42,155 nt of DNA, from assembly GCA_043228905.1 (NCBI GenBank), contig JBHGNT010000270.1, forward strand, positions 1 through 42,155. Reading direction: 5' to 3'. The notes beneath the pieces are model-generated. The model had not been told where the DNA came from, did no database searches, and saw nothing but the letters and a program-made list of their open reading frames with translations. The translations under genes were made by a program, and so were the position numbers. Source of the DNA: Azolla caroliniana (lineage: Eukaryota > Plantae > Polypodiophyta). This document shows, piece after piece, positions 24,164-34,075 of this stretch; positions within the stretch are counted from its first letter, which is position 1; every line of letters begins with the position of its first letter.

Positions 24164-26182
24164 TTGATCGGCCGGTTCAGTGGAAAGGATGCCACGAGTT
24201 ATTTGGCGTCCTACCGGGCGGAGATGTTGATGCGGGATATTCCGGAAGAGAGGCGTCTTGTCGGATTCCCTCGAGTGGCGATGCCGGGCATCCATGCGGA
24301 GGTGCTCAAGGTCCGGGCGGAGAGCCGGACCTGGGAGGAGTTCGAAGGACGGCTCCTAGAGAAATACGGGCTGGATGACGCGCTTCGACTTTTGAAGCGG
24401 GGCTTCATGGAGTGGGTGGAGTCCCCCGACAAAGGAAGAAATGCGTCGGCACTCCTCTGGGAGTTTGAGGATCGCTTTGCGCGCCTTTTGACGCTCGATC
24501 GGACCGTTCTGGACACAAGTCATGTCCTATTGTTTGCCAAATCGGTTGACACACGAGATCGGGAGCAAGTGGGCTCCTTACTGGAAACCGAAGACGGGCT
24601 GACGGCCGACTGGACCGCGGTAAAAAGAGTCTGCGGCCGTTTTGACAAACGGTGGGAGTGGGCTGATACAGGGGCGACCGGGGCGGGTCCTATCGCAGCA
24701 AGGAATCTCGAACCGATACCGCAGGCGCGACGGGAAGAGACCCGAGAGTGGCTCGAAACCGGTTCGGCTTCGACCGGCGTGGTCAGAGGCTCGTCCGGGG
24801 GGACAGCTTTGGAGGAGTTGACACAGGCGGTAAAGGATCTCCAGATCGCCCAGGCTCGGATGGAAGGCGGCGATCAGGCTCGTGACCGACGGCCTTCGAC
24901 AGGAAATAGGTGCATGTGGTGCGACGAGGTCGGCCACATCCGAAAAGACTGCGGGGACTTTGTGGAGGCTTTGAGAAGCTTGGTAGTGTACCTGTGGGAA
25001 GGTCGGGTGCACGCCAGCGATACCCGGAGGGCCCTGAACCGAAACGACGGGCGAGGAGGAATGAAAAGGCTGATGGAAGAGGCGGCGACCCGGCACGCGG
25101 AGACAGTCCACTACTCAGCGTCAGCCGGTATCAGGGTCGGAGGCAGCGAAGCCCGGAAGGAGAGCAAAGCCAGGTTCTGGCCGACGATGCTGGAAGGCCT
25201 CGCCGGTGCCCGACTAAAGAAAGACGAGGCGGACCGCGCGGAGAGGCGGGTCCAGGAGGTAACTGGGTGGAGTGACCTGGTCGAAGAAAAGACGGGTTTC
25301 GTCGAAGTAGCTTGCCAGAACTACGAGGCTCTAGTTGAAGACAAACAGGTAGGTAAAACCGGAGGGGCCGGACCCTCACAGAGATACGAAACCCGATTCG
25401 GGCCGAAACGGAACAAGGCTGGTGAGACCAGTGCCCGGGATAACCACAAGAAGGGCAGATACCGTTTGGGCACGGAGATCGAAAGGACCATAGACCTACG
25501 AAAGGTCCTGGAAGAACGAATCCTCGACAGCAAGGTGGAATTGTCGTTGCGGGAGGTGCTCGGAATCGCCAAGAAGGAGTTCCACGACTCCATCGTAGAC
25601 TTGGTGAAGAGGAAGAGGCTGTCGACGGAGGCAGAACCGGAAAGGCCGGTGGAGGTGCGGACGACGCACATAGAGGACATGGCGCTGGAAGACGAGTGGG
25701 CGGAGAGCCACTATTCGAGGCCACACTGGGCCCGAGTGACCACGGAAACCCCGGTGAAGATCGGAGATGTTCAGGAACCGGTGGTGGCGCTGGTGGACCA
25801 CGGCTCGGAAATAAACCTGATGTCCATGGACTTCTACAAGAAGGGGAAATGGCCGATCAACACCAAGCACGGGTGGAAGATACGGGCGGCGACGCACGCC
25901 ACCGAGGAACTACACGGGGCCTACCCAAACGTGCGAGTCAAGATCGGCGACGTCGAGATAGACCAGCACTTCTTTGTGCAGGAGACGTCCTCGCACCCGG
26001 TCATACTGGGAGAACCGTACATTACGACAGCGCGAATGGAGACTAAGGTGCTGGACAACGGGTCGGCTTACGCGAGGGTCAAGAGTCAAGACGGGCGTCA
26101 TTTGGTCCAGTTCCTCACGGTGCGACCGAACCACGAGCGAAACCGCGAGTCCCTCGGTGGCGAGAACCGAGAGAATTTTTAG
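24164..26182 (+). CDS. Gypsy gag-protease polyprotein (5' end probably frameshifted; likely original ATG at 24057)
   Basis: 672-aa open frame with CMWCDEVGHIRKDC knuckle, VALVDHGSEINLM aspartic-protease-like motif and downstream ILGEPY. The upstream ATG at 24057 is in another frame. Confidence 0.85.
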   Translation: MIGRFSGKDATSYLASYRAEMLMRDIPEERRLVGFPRVAMPGIHAEVLKVRAESRTWEEFEGRLLEKYGLDDALRLLKRGFMEWVESPDKGRNASALLWEFEDRFARLLTLDRTVLDTSHVLLFAKSVDTRDREQVGSLLETEDGLTADWTAVKRVCGRFDKRWEWADTGATGAGPIAARNLEPIPQARREETREWLETGSASTGVVRGSSGGTALEELTQAVKDLQIAQARMEGGDQARDRRPSTGNRCMWCDEVGHIRKDCGDFVEALRSLVVYLWEGRVHASDTRRALNRNDGRGGMKRLMEEAATRHAETVHYSASAGIRVGGSEARKESKARFWPTMLEGLAGARLKKDEADRAERRVQEVTGWSDLVEEKTGFVEVACQNYEALVEDKQVGKTGGAGPSQRYETRFGPKRNKAGETSARDNHKKGRYRLGTEIERTIDLRKVLEERILDSKVELSLREVLGIAKKEFHDSIVDLVKRKRLSTEAEPERPVEVRTTHIEDMALEDEWAESHYSRPHWARVTTETPVKIGDVQEPVVALVDHGSEINLMSMDFYKKGKWPINTKHGWKIRAATHATEELHGAYPNVRVKIGDVEIDQHFFVQETSSHPVILGEPYITTARMETKVLDNGSAYARVKSQDGRHLVQFLTVRPNHERNRESLGGENRENF

Positions 26183-29100
26183 AGAGGGTTGTCAAGGCGT
26201 GGGGCCGCGACAGTCCGGACACTCCGGGAAAACCCCACAAATGTACGATAGAGGCGAAACCGAAGAAACCTTGTACCATAAGTAGGAAGTTTTGTTTCTC
26301 TGACAATGGAGGGTGTACGATAGTCGGCGTCGTTGGCTGAGAAAAGACAAGGACGGAAGAGCGACTTCAGGCGTGCGGAGTTCTCGGTCCCAACGAGGAA
26401 ATCAACGGAGCCGTGGAGGCGGTCTCCTTCGACGATACCTTGGGAATACTGCGAGAGGTGGTCGGAGAAGGCCTTAAAGAGGACCGGACGATAGCGGTTT
26501 GTTCAGAAGAGATGTACGAAGTCATCGCGGACTTCAGTCGGGGGCTCGAGTCGGATCGGATGGCCCGGGTTAACATGAAGTACAAGACTGTGGACCAGAA
26601 GGTAAGGCCAGTCGCGGCACCCTTACCGGAGGGCAGCGAGTTGCAAATCAAGGGGGTCGCGTCGGACCCCAGTTTACGAGATCCGGCCTGCATAGGACAC
26701 ACCTTCACTGACAGAACGTTACGGGAGCTCAAAATCGGTGGGGGCGGTTTCCTACTACCGGCGGAAGAAGACCGGTTTCGGAGAATGCTCGGAAGGCACG
26801 GGAAAGCCTTCGCATTCTCACCGGAAGAGATCGGGTGCGTAGACCCGATAGTCGTGAAGCCGATGGTGATATTCACGGTACCGCATATGCCGTGGAATCT
26901 CAAACCAATTCCAGTACCGAGAGCTCACATCCCGGAGCTGATGGAGTTATTGAGGCAGAAAATCGATATGGGCATCCTCGAACCGTCGAGTGCCCCGTAC
27001 TCGAACCGGTGGTTTACCGTACCGAGGAAGAACGGGACGTTGCGCTTCATTCAAGACCTGCAACCGGTCAACAGAGTGACCATTCGGAACGCAGGAATCA
27101 GACCAATGATAGACGAGTTCGCGGAGGCCTTCGCCGGAAGGTCGATCTACTCGATCGGAGAGCAGAGACATTACGACGATGCGGACTCCTCTCGGCCTAG
27201 TGCGGATGTGTACCCTGCCACAAGGAGGGACGAACTCGGTGGCCCACATGGTGAATGTGATGAACAACGTGCTGAGGGATTGTATCCCGGACATCACCAT
27301 GCCATTCTTGGACGATATCCCGATCAAGGGATGTCCGGTGGAGGACAAGGACGAAACGATCGGACCGGATGGATGCCGGAAATTCGTGGCGACACACATT
27401 GACGACTGTGAGAGGGTGCTGCAGAGGCTAGAGGACGCGAGGCTCACCTTCTCCGGGGAGAAATCGGCCTTCGGGCAATCGAAGATCATGGTCGTCGGAC
27501 ATCTATGCGGACCGTATGGCCGGAAACCGTCTCCGGCTAAGGTGGAAGCGATCTCCGCGATGAAGCCCGACTGTAACTCGGTCACGAAAGTACGAAGGTT
27601 CTTGGGAGCATGTGCGTTCTACCACATATGGATCCCGCATTACGCCCACGTTGCCGAGCCGCTATACGGGTTGCTAAAAAAGGGGCGAAAATTCGAGTGG
27701 TGGGACGAGCATACGGAGTCGGTCCGAAAGATGAAGGAGGCTCTTGTTGCAGCTCCGACACTCCGGAAGGCTGTCTACGAGAAAGGTACTCCCATCTACA
27801 TAACGATAGATACAAGTCTGACCGGGATCGGATGGGTCGTCAACCAAGAAGATGAGGACGACATTCAGTTCCCAATCTGGTTCGTCGCGAAGGTCCTCAG
27901 CGAGCGACAGCGAGGATACGCCCAGGTTAAACGCGAACTCTGGGGTATTGTTTCGGCGGTGAAGGCCGATAAAGACTATCTTATCGGGACAGAGGTGATT
28001 ATCGAGACGGATTGCCTGCCAATTCTCGGCATGGTTTCCGGATGCGCAACCCCGGACCTGGCAATGCTCAGGTGGATAGCGTACATCAAGTCCCTGGATC
28101 CGGAAATACGACACATTTCCGGGAAAGACAATGCGATGTCCGACATGCTTTCGAGGGCGCGATTCGACGACGAGGGCGGCATGGATTTGGAGGACGAGGA
28201 AGTCGGCGTGGACTTCTTCGAGGCGGGTTACGTAACAACCGAGGGAGGGAGCACTCCGGCGCTTAACGATTTCGACGAGAGCAAGTACAACGGGGAGTGG
28301 CTGCAGATTGGGAGATTCTTGAGGACGATGACGCCGGACGCGTCATGGACAAAGAACGAGGCCAACCGGATCCGGAAGAAAGCATACCGATTCTTTCTCC
28401 GGGACGGATACTTATGGAAGCACCCGAAGAAGAGAAACGACATCCCGCTCCGAGTGGTGGCGATGGAGGAGGAACAGAAGGAGTTGCTGAAGGCCTACCA
28501 CGACAGCCCCTGGGCTGGACACTGTGGGACGTGGGCCACGTTCGAGAAACTGAAGGGGAAGTACTGGTGGCCGGGACTGTACCGGGACATGCATCGGTTC
28601 ATGACAACTTGTGAGAGCTGTCAGATACACTCCATAGTCCGACATCGGGACGAGCTTCACCCTACATACCCTCCGGCCATCCACTTCAAATGGATGGTAG
28701 ATTTGGTGACGATGCCGATGGGCGTAGGGCAGATGCGATATCTGGTGCTGGCCCGGGAGGACCTGACGAACCAGGTGGAAGGCCGAGCCCTACAGAACAA
28801 AACGACCGCGGCCGTGTGTCGGTTCCTGATCGAGGACGTGATATGTCGGTACGGGTGCGTCGGGAAGATCGTGGCTGACCGCGGGGAGTTGGACACCGAA
28901 GAGGCCGAGGAGCTGTTCGACCGGTTAGGGGTCAAGCTCTCGCTCACCACAACGTACAATCTGAAGGCGAACGGGAAGGTGGAGCGTGGACACAGACCGA
29001 TCGTCAAAGCGCTAGTCCGGGCATGCGGAGGCCAGGTCGGGAATTGGCCACGACTGTTACCTTATGCCTTGTGGGCGGACCGGACAACGCACAGTTTGGT

Positions 29101-29719
29101 AACCGGGTTCATGCCGTCAGAGCTCATGTTCGGACAGAAGCCGATCATGCCGATGGAACGGACGATCTCCTCTTGGGCGATAGTGGACTGGAGAGACGAG
29201 ATGAGTCGGGATGAACTGCTAGCGGCGCGTATCCGACAGCTCGAGCGGAGGCCAAAGGACATGGAACGAGCGGTGGAGAGACTTCGGACGGCGAGGATGA
29301 GGAACAAAGCCCGGTTCGACCAAATGCACCAGCTCCGACCAAAGAAAATCGAGGAAGGCGACTGGGTGCTAGTCTACGACAGCAGCCTCGACAACCAGCA
29401 ACGAGCAACACGGAAGTTTGCAAAGCGGTGGTTCGGGCCTTACGTGGTAACGAGCGCCAACGACAACGGGACGTATCACTTGGCGGAACTCGACGGTACG
29501 AGGATGGCGATACCAGTAGCAGGGAAGCGGATCAAAGCGTTCAAGAAGCACCACGACGGCGAATCGGATCTAAGAGGCCTGGACAGCGACGACGAACAGT
29601 CCAAAACGGAGGACGAACCGATGGACGAAGAACCGGAACTCGGACCGGTTTTCTCCAACCAGAGCGCAATTTTGGCGCATACTGGTGGATGCGCGGTTAG
29701 GTGGGGGCGGATGTCGTGA
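26173..29719 (+). pseudogene. Gypsy pol (RT, RNase H, integrase) with one stop (26338) and a frameshifting deletion (~27160)
   Basis: YKTVDQKVRPV, YSNRWFTVPRKNGTLRFIQDLQPVN, LPQGGTNS, FLDD, TDCLPI, YHDSPWAGH...CESCQ, ADRGEL, NGKVERGH, RWFGPYVV. Confidence 0.93.
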
Positions 29720-30361
29720 AGAAAACCGTTCCTTAGCGCAATTGGTGCATAGCGCGCGTGAACCGGCTCTTCACGCGTGCGCATCATTTAATGTATATAA
29801 TAGGGAATTAGGTACATAGGTATATCTGGGTAGTTAGATTCGGTAGGTAGGAAGTAAATGAGGGAGACGGCTCCCTTCTTGAAGCTATAAAAGAAAGGGA
29901 GACGCAGGGAGGAGGGGATCGCGCATTGAGGAGGACGAAGTGCTGTCGGACCGTAACCGAACGCTTCTCCTCTGTTTGTTCTCCATCGCTCTTCTCTGCA
30001 GATTTTCGGGAGGCTCGCGCTGCTTCGAGGAACGCCCGTGTGCTTCCGGCAGCACCTCCATCCTTTTCCCCTTTCGTGCGCAGATGAACAGGCATCGACA
30101 TCTGTTCGCCGACCTGTTCGGTTGTAACCGCTCGCGTGCTCTGTTGTGTATTTGTTATTCGTTAATATACAAACTTTCGTGTCTCTCTGTCTCTGTATCC
30201 ATTCGTGTTTTCTGCGTTGACGGGTCGTGTCCCTATGTTTCTTTGCTCATACATAACCGGTCGTCTCTCTCTTTCTCTTTCCCCTCCTATCACCTGCTCT
30301 TCGGTTCAAGACCCCGGTGGTCCCGCCTCGTTTCTCCACGCACGCGCGTAGTAACGTGACA
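29712..30361 (+). repeat. 3' LTR of nested Gypsy
   Basis: TGTCGTGAAGAAAACC...GTAACGTGACA, preceded by the G-rich tract GGTGGGGGCGGA. Confidence 0.96.
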
Positions 30362-32521
30362 ACGTTTTGGGTTGAGGCGTTGTCAATAGCGATGTATGTG
30401 ATAAACAGATCACCCTCAGTGCCCTTGGATGGAGACACACCGAAGAAGGTGTGGACCGGTAAGGAAGTCTCCTACCGGCATCTGAAGGTGTTCGGATGTC
30501 TCGCGTACGTGCATGTTGCTAAGGACCGAAGAGGAAAGTTGGATCCAAAGACCCAACCATGCATATTCCTCGGATACGGCGATGATGAATTCGGCTACCG
30601 AGTGTGGGATTTGGTTGACAAGAAGGCTTTCCGGAGCCGAGATATTATCTTCATGGAGGACAAGACTATTGCCGACTGGGAGTCGGAGAAGAAGATAATG
30701 AACTCCGATGAGATTCAGACACACCCGCCTAAGAGCCGGTTGACACTTGAGGAACCAGCCGGTTACGGTGAGGATACCGAACTGGCAAAAGAAGAAGTAG
30801 AGGAAGCTGAAATCGGAACCGGCCAAGACCCTGAATCGGATTCAGATGAAGAACAAATAGTGGAGCTGGTTGCCGAAGGCCAAAGACGGAGATATCCTCT
30901 CAGAGAGAGAAGGACCCCCCGGAAATTTCCGGATGTAGAGCATGTGCTGCTGACCAATGAGGGAGAGCTGGAAAGCTTCGAAGAAGCGAAGGATGATACC
31001 CACAACCGCAAATGGTTAAGTGCCATGCAGGATGAGATGGATTCCTTGCATGAGAACAATACGTACGAATTGGTGGAGTTGCTGAAAGAAAAGTGGGCAC
31101 TCTCAAATAAGTGAATGTACAAGCTGAAACCGGGAGATGCCGGCAAACCCCTGAGATACAAAGCCAGGATCGTGGTGAAGGGGTTCCAGCAGAAGAAGGG
31201 TGTGGACTTTGACGAGATATTTGCCCCGGTAGTAAAGATGACTTCCATCCGTACGGTGCTGAGCATAGCGGCAAGCATGGACCTCGAGGTAGAGCAGCTG
31301 GACGTGAAGACGACATTCCTTCACGGTGACCTTGAAGAGGAGATCTACATGCAGCAACCGGAAGGATTCGTGGAGAAAGAGAAGGAGCACCTGGTTTGCC
31401 GGTTGAAGAAGAGCCTGTACGGACTGAAGCAAGCTCCCCGACAATGGTACCAGAAGTTTGACTCCTTCATGACCGACCAAGGGTACCACAAGACGTAGGC
31501 TGATCACTGCATGTTTGTGAAGAAGTTCCTGATACTCCTTCTATACGTGGACGACATGTTGATTGTCGGACAAGACCAAGCCAAAATACGGATGCTGAAG
31601 AAGGCTCTAAACTGAACTTTCTCAATGAAAGACTTGGGTCCGGCAAGACAGATACTGGGGATACACATCATCCGGGACCGATCAAAGAAGCAATTGTGGT
31701 TGTCATAGGAGAAATACGTGACAAAGGTGCTTCAGCGGTTCAACATGTTAGAAGCGAAACCGGTCGGATCGACACGCCCTGTAAACTGCAGATTATCCGG
31801 TAAGCAAAGCCCGAAGACGAAAGCAGAGAAGGCTGATATGATGAAGGTTCCATATGCCTCTGCCGTCGGGAGCTTGATGTACGCAATGGTGTGTACTCGG
31901 CCGGATATTGGATACGCAGTCGGAGTGGTGAGTCGGTTTATGAGCAATCCCGGCAATGAGCACTAGAATGCGGTCAAATGGGTACTCCGATACTTGAAGG
32001 GCACTTCGAATATGTGTCTCTGATTCGGCTCTGGTAAACCTCAACTCGACGGTTTTACCGATTCGGACATGTCGGCTGATGTGGATACCAGCCGGTCTAT
32101 ATCCGGGTATGTAATGACATATGCAGGGGGAGCTGTTTTGTGGCAGTTGAGGCTGCAGAAGACGGTTGCGTTGTCAACCACAGAGGCGGAGTACATGGCG
32201 GTTGTGGAAGCCGGCAAGGAAATATTATAGATGAAGGACTTCATCGGAGAGCTCAGTATCTGGCAAGATGAATACCGGCTCTGTTGCGACAGTCAAAGTG
32301 CCATCCACCTTGCTAAGAACGCAACGTACCATTCCAGGACGAAGCACATCCAACGTAGGTATCACTGGATCCGGGAGCGAGTAGAAGATCAAGAGTTCGA
32401 GCTGACGAAGATCCACACGACCGAGAACGGGTCAGATATGCTGACCAAAGTACTGATACCCGACAAGCTGGATGCATGTCGGAAGCGGATCGGACTAGTA
32501 AGACATCCCATGCTGGAGTGA
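30362..32521 (+). pseudogene. Copia-2 C-terminal integrase, RT and RNase H (disrupted)
   Basis: TFWVEA, KLDPK..CIFLGY, YKARIVVKGFQQ, QLDVKTTFLHG, LYVDDML, TRPDIGYAVG, YHSRTKHIQRRYHWIRE. Confidence 0.94.
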
Positions 32522-32531
32522 AGGGGGAGTT

Positions 32532-32992
32532 TGTTAGGAAACAGGTCCCTCCGGATGGGAAGTGAGAAGAACAGTGTTGACGAGTAGCCGGCAATGGAAG
32601 ACCTGGTGAGAACCGAATGTGGAGTACTCGACAACAGAAGACCCGGTGAGAACCGGATGTGGAGTACCCGGTAACGGAAGACCCGGTGAGAACCGGATGA
32701 CGAGTACCTGGCAACGGAAGACCCGGTGAGAACCGGATGTGGAGTACTCGGCAACGGAAGACCCGGTGAGAACCGGATGACGAGTACCCGGCAAGGAAGA
32801 CCCGGTGAGAACCGGATGTTGCAGGCCCAGTGAGAACCTCTCATCGGATGGAAGGGACATATATATAAATATGTTCCAGAGAGCCCACTGGGGCTATATT
32901 TGTAAATATCCCAAAAGTCATATTAGTATAAATATGACCTAGGGCAAACTTAATAACGTGTGAGAGTTGTTGGTGTAACCTCTGTACAGTGC

Positions 32993-33030
<38 letters not shown>

Positions 33031-33314
33031 CATATACAGAGATTGTGTCTCTGTTGTAACCGCCGCGAGGCGAAGATTGTGAGCAAGAGGTCGTTGCCTC
33101 TGTGCTCCCTATTGTATTACTTTACATAGTGATAGTTTGGAGTCTGTGGACTCCCGTGGTGTTTTCCCTATTAGGGTTTTCCACGTTAATATCCTGTGTA
33201 TTCTCTTTTGTTTGTTCGTGCACTTACCTCCATTCCCATTTCTTCTATGTTCGATTGTATCAAGTGATTTACCCTTCGGTTGTTGCCAGAGATTATTCCG
33301 TGTATTACACGTCA
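32532..33314 (+). repeat. 3' LTR of Copia-2 (783 bp; 6 copies of the 40-bp unit)
   Basis: Matches the 5' LTR. Unit GAGTAC.CGGCAACGGAAGACCCGGTGAGAACCGGATG(TG/AC) x6 at ~32582-32820. Confidence 0.96.
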
Positions 33315-33447
33315 GAGGATAGAAGGAAGGAAGACATGTTTGTGTTCACGGTTTTAGCAACTCCGTAATCTAGCTCACAAGAATTGGGGGGCTCCAACTA
33401 CCAAAGAAGTATACATAATTCTTCAATGTGTTTGATAAGGTGAAGGC
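33315..33447 (+). pseudogene. Old Gypsy pol remnant, part 2 (protease-RT linker)
   Basis: EDRRKEDMFVFTVLATP*...QLPKKYT*FFNVFDKVKA joins NRLPEHRPYDC at 38866 once Copia-3 is removed. Confidence 0.75.
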
Positions 33448-33908
33448 GGTTGAGAATCAAGCTCAACATAGTGCAACGTGTGAACACACCTTTTGAGAAT
33501 CTATGATTACTCAAAGGTCAAGAGTCACACCACTACTCTCTACACATTAAACTATGTGTCATAGATTCATATTCTATGACACATAACTAATGGGTTCCAC
33601 TAATGACCATAAGACGTCACATTCCTCAAGGCTCTAGTGAGAGAGTGAACGTTGTAGTGAGTAAATGAAGAGAAAGGGTGACCTTATATAAAGCACCCTT
33701 CTCCTACTTCATACTAAGTCGGTTGTGGCTCCTTGTAATGCTACATTTTGTAATTCTTATTCTCCTTGTGAAATATACATCTTCTTGAGTATTCATATTT
33801 TCCTTAAATCAATCTATCTTGTGTTTTCTCTTCTCTCCTCTCTTTCCTCTCACACACACATAACTCACACCTCTTCCGCTTCACAAGAATCACCATCGAT
33901 TCTTTACA
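33448..33908 (+). repeat. 5' LTR of Copia-3
   Basis: (G)GTTGAGAATCAAGCTCAAC...GATTCTTTACA; matches 38390-38860. Confidence 0.95.
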
Positions 33909-34075
33909 TGGTATCAAAGCAATTTGGTAGCTCGATCTAGCCCACTCGCCTCATCGTGATCATGTGTTGTGCCCTACGCCGACGTTCGAGAAGAACCAGC
34001 TCATCGCTATCGTAGTACTACTATATAGCTCGTGTTTGAGAGAGAAGGAAAAGAACAAAGGAAGCTTAATCGACA

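Larger units (their letters stand above)
23363..30361 (+). mobile_element. Full-length non-chromovirus Ty3/Gypsy LTR retrotransposon nested in Copia-2 integrase
   Basis: 650-bp LTRs at 23363-24012 and 29712-30361. 4-bp TSD ACGT. tRNA-Trp PBS. gag-PR ORF followed by RT-RH-INT order with a GPY/F motif; no chromodomain. Confidence 0.97.
20868..33314 (+). mobile_element. Ty1/Copia LTR retrotransposon (Copia-2, Tnt1/Tork-like), interrupted by a nested Gypsy
   Basis: LTRs 20868-21492 and 32532-33314 (TGTT...GTCA). TSD GAGGA at 20863-20867 and 33315-33319. PBS TGGTATCAGAGC at 21496-21507. PPT GAAGGGGGAG at 32520-32529. Confidence 0.97.

Noticed and set aside
24211-29787. Many overlapping and antisense ORFs in the Gypsy interior as extra genes or env
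   Set aside because: Expected shadows of GC-rich coding sequence; no recognisable domains and no room for env between integrase and the PPT.
23439-30359. Duplicated ORFs (23555-24022 / 29940-30359 and antisense equivalents) as host genes
   Set aside because: They are incidental translations of the two Gypsy LTRs.
23358-30366. 5-bp TSD for the nested Gypsy
   Set aside because: The 5-bp flanks GACGT and ACGTT do not match given TG...CA ends and equal 650-bp LTRs; the 4-bp ACGT restores the host reading frame.
32582-32820. CRISPR-like regular repeats
   Set aside because: Head-to-tail 40-bp units with no unique spacers, inside an LTR, in a eukaryotic context with no cas genes.
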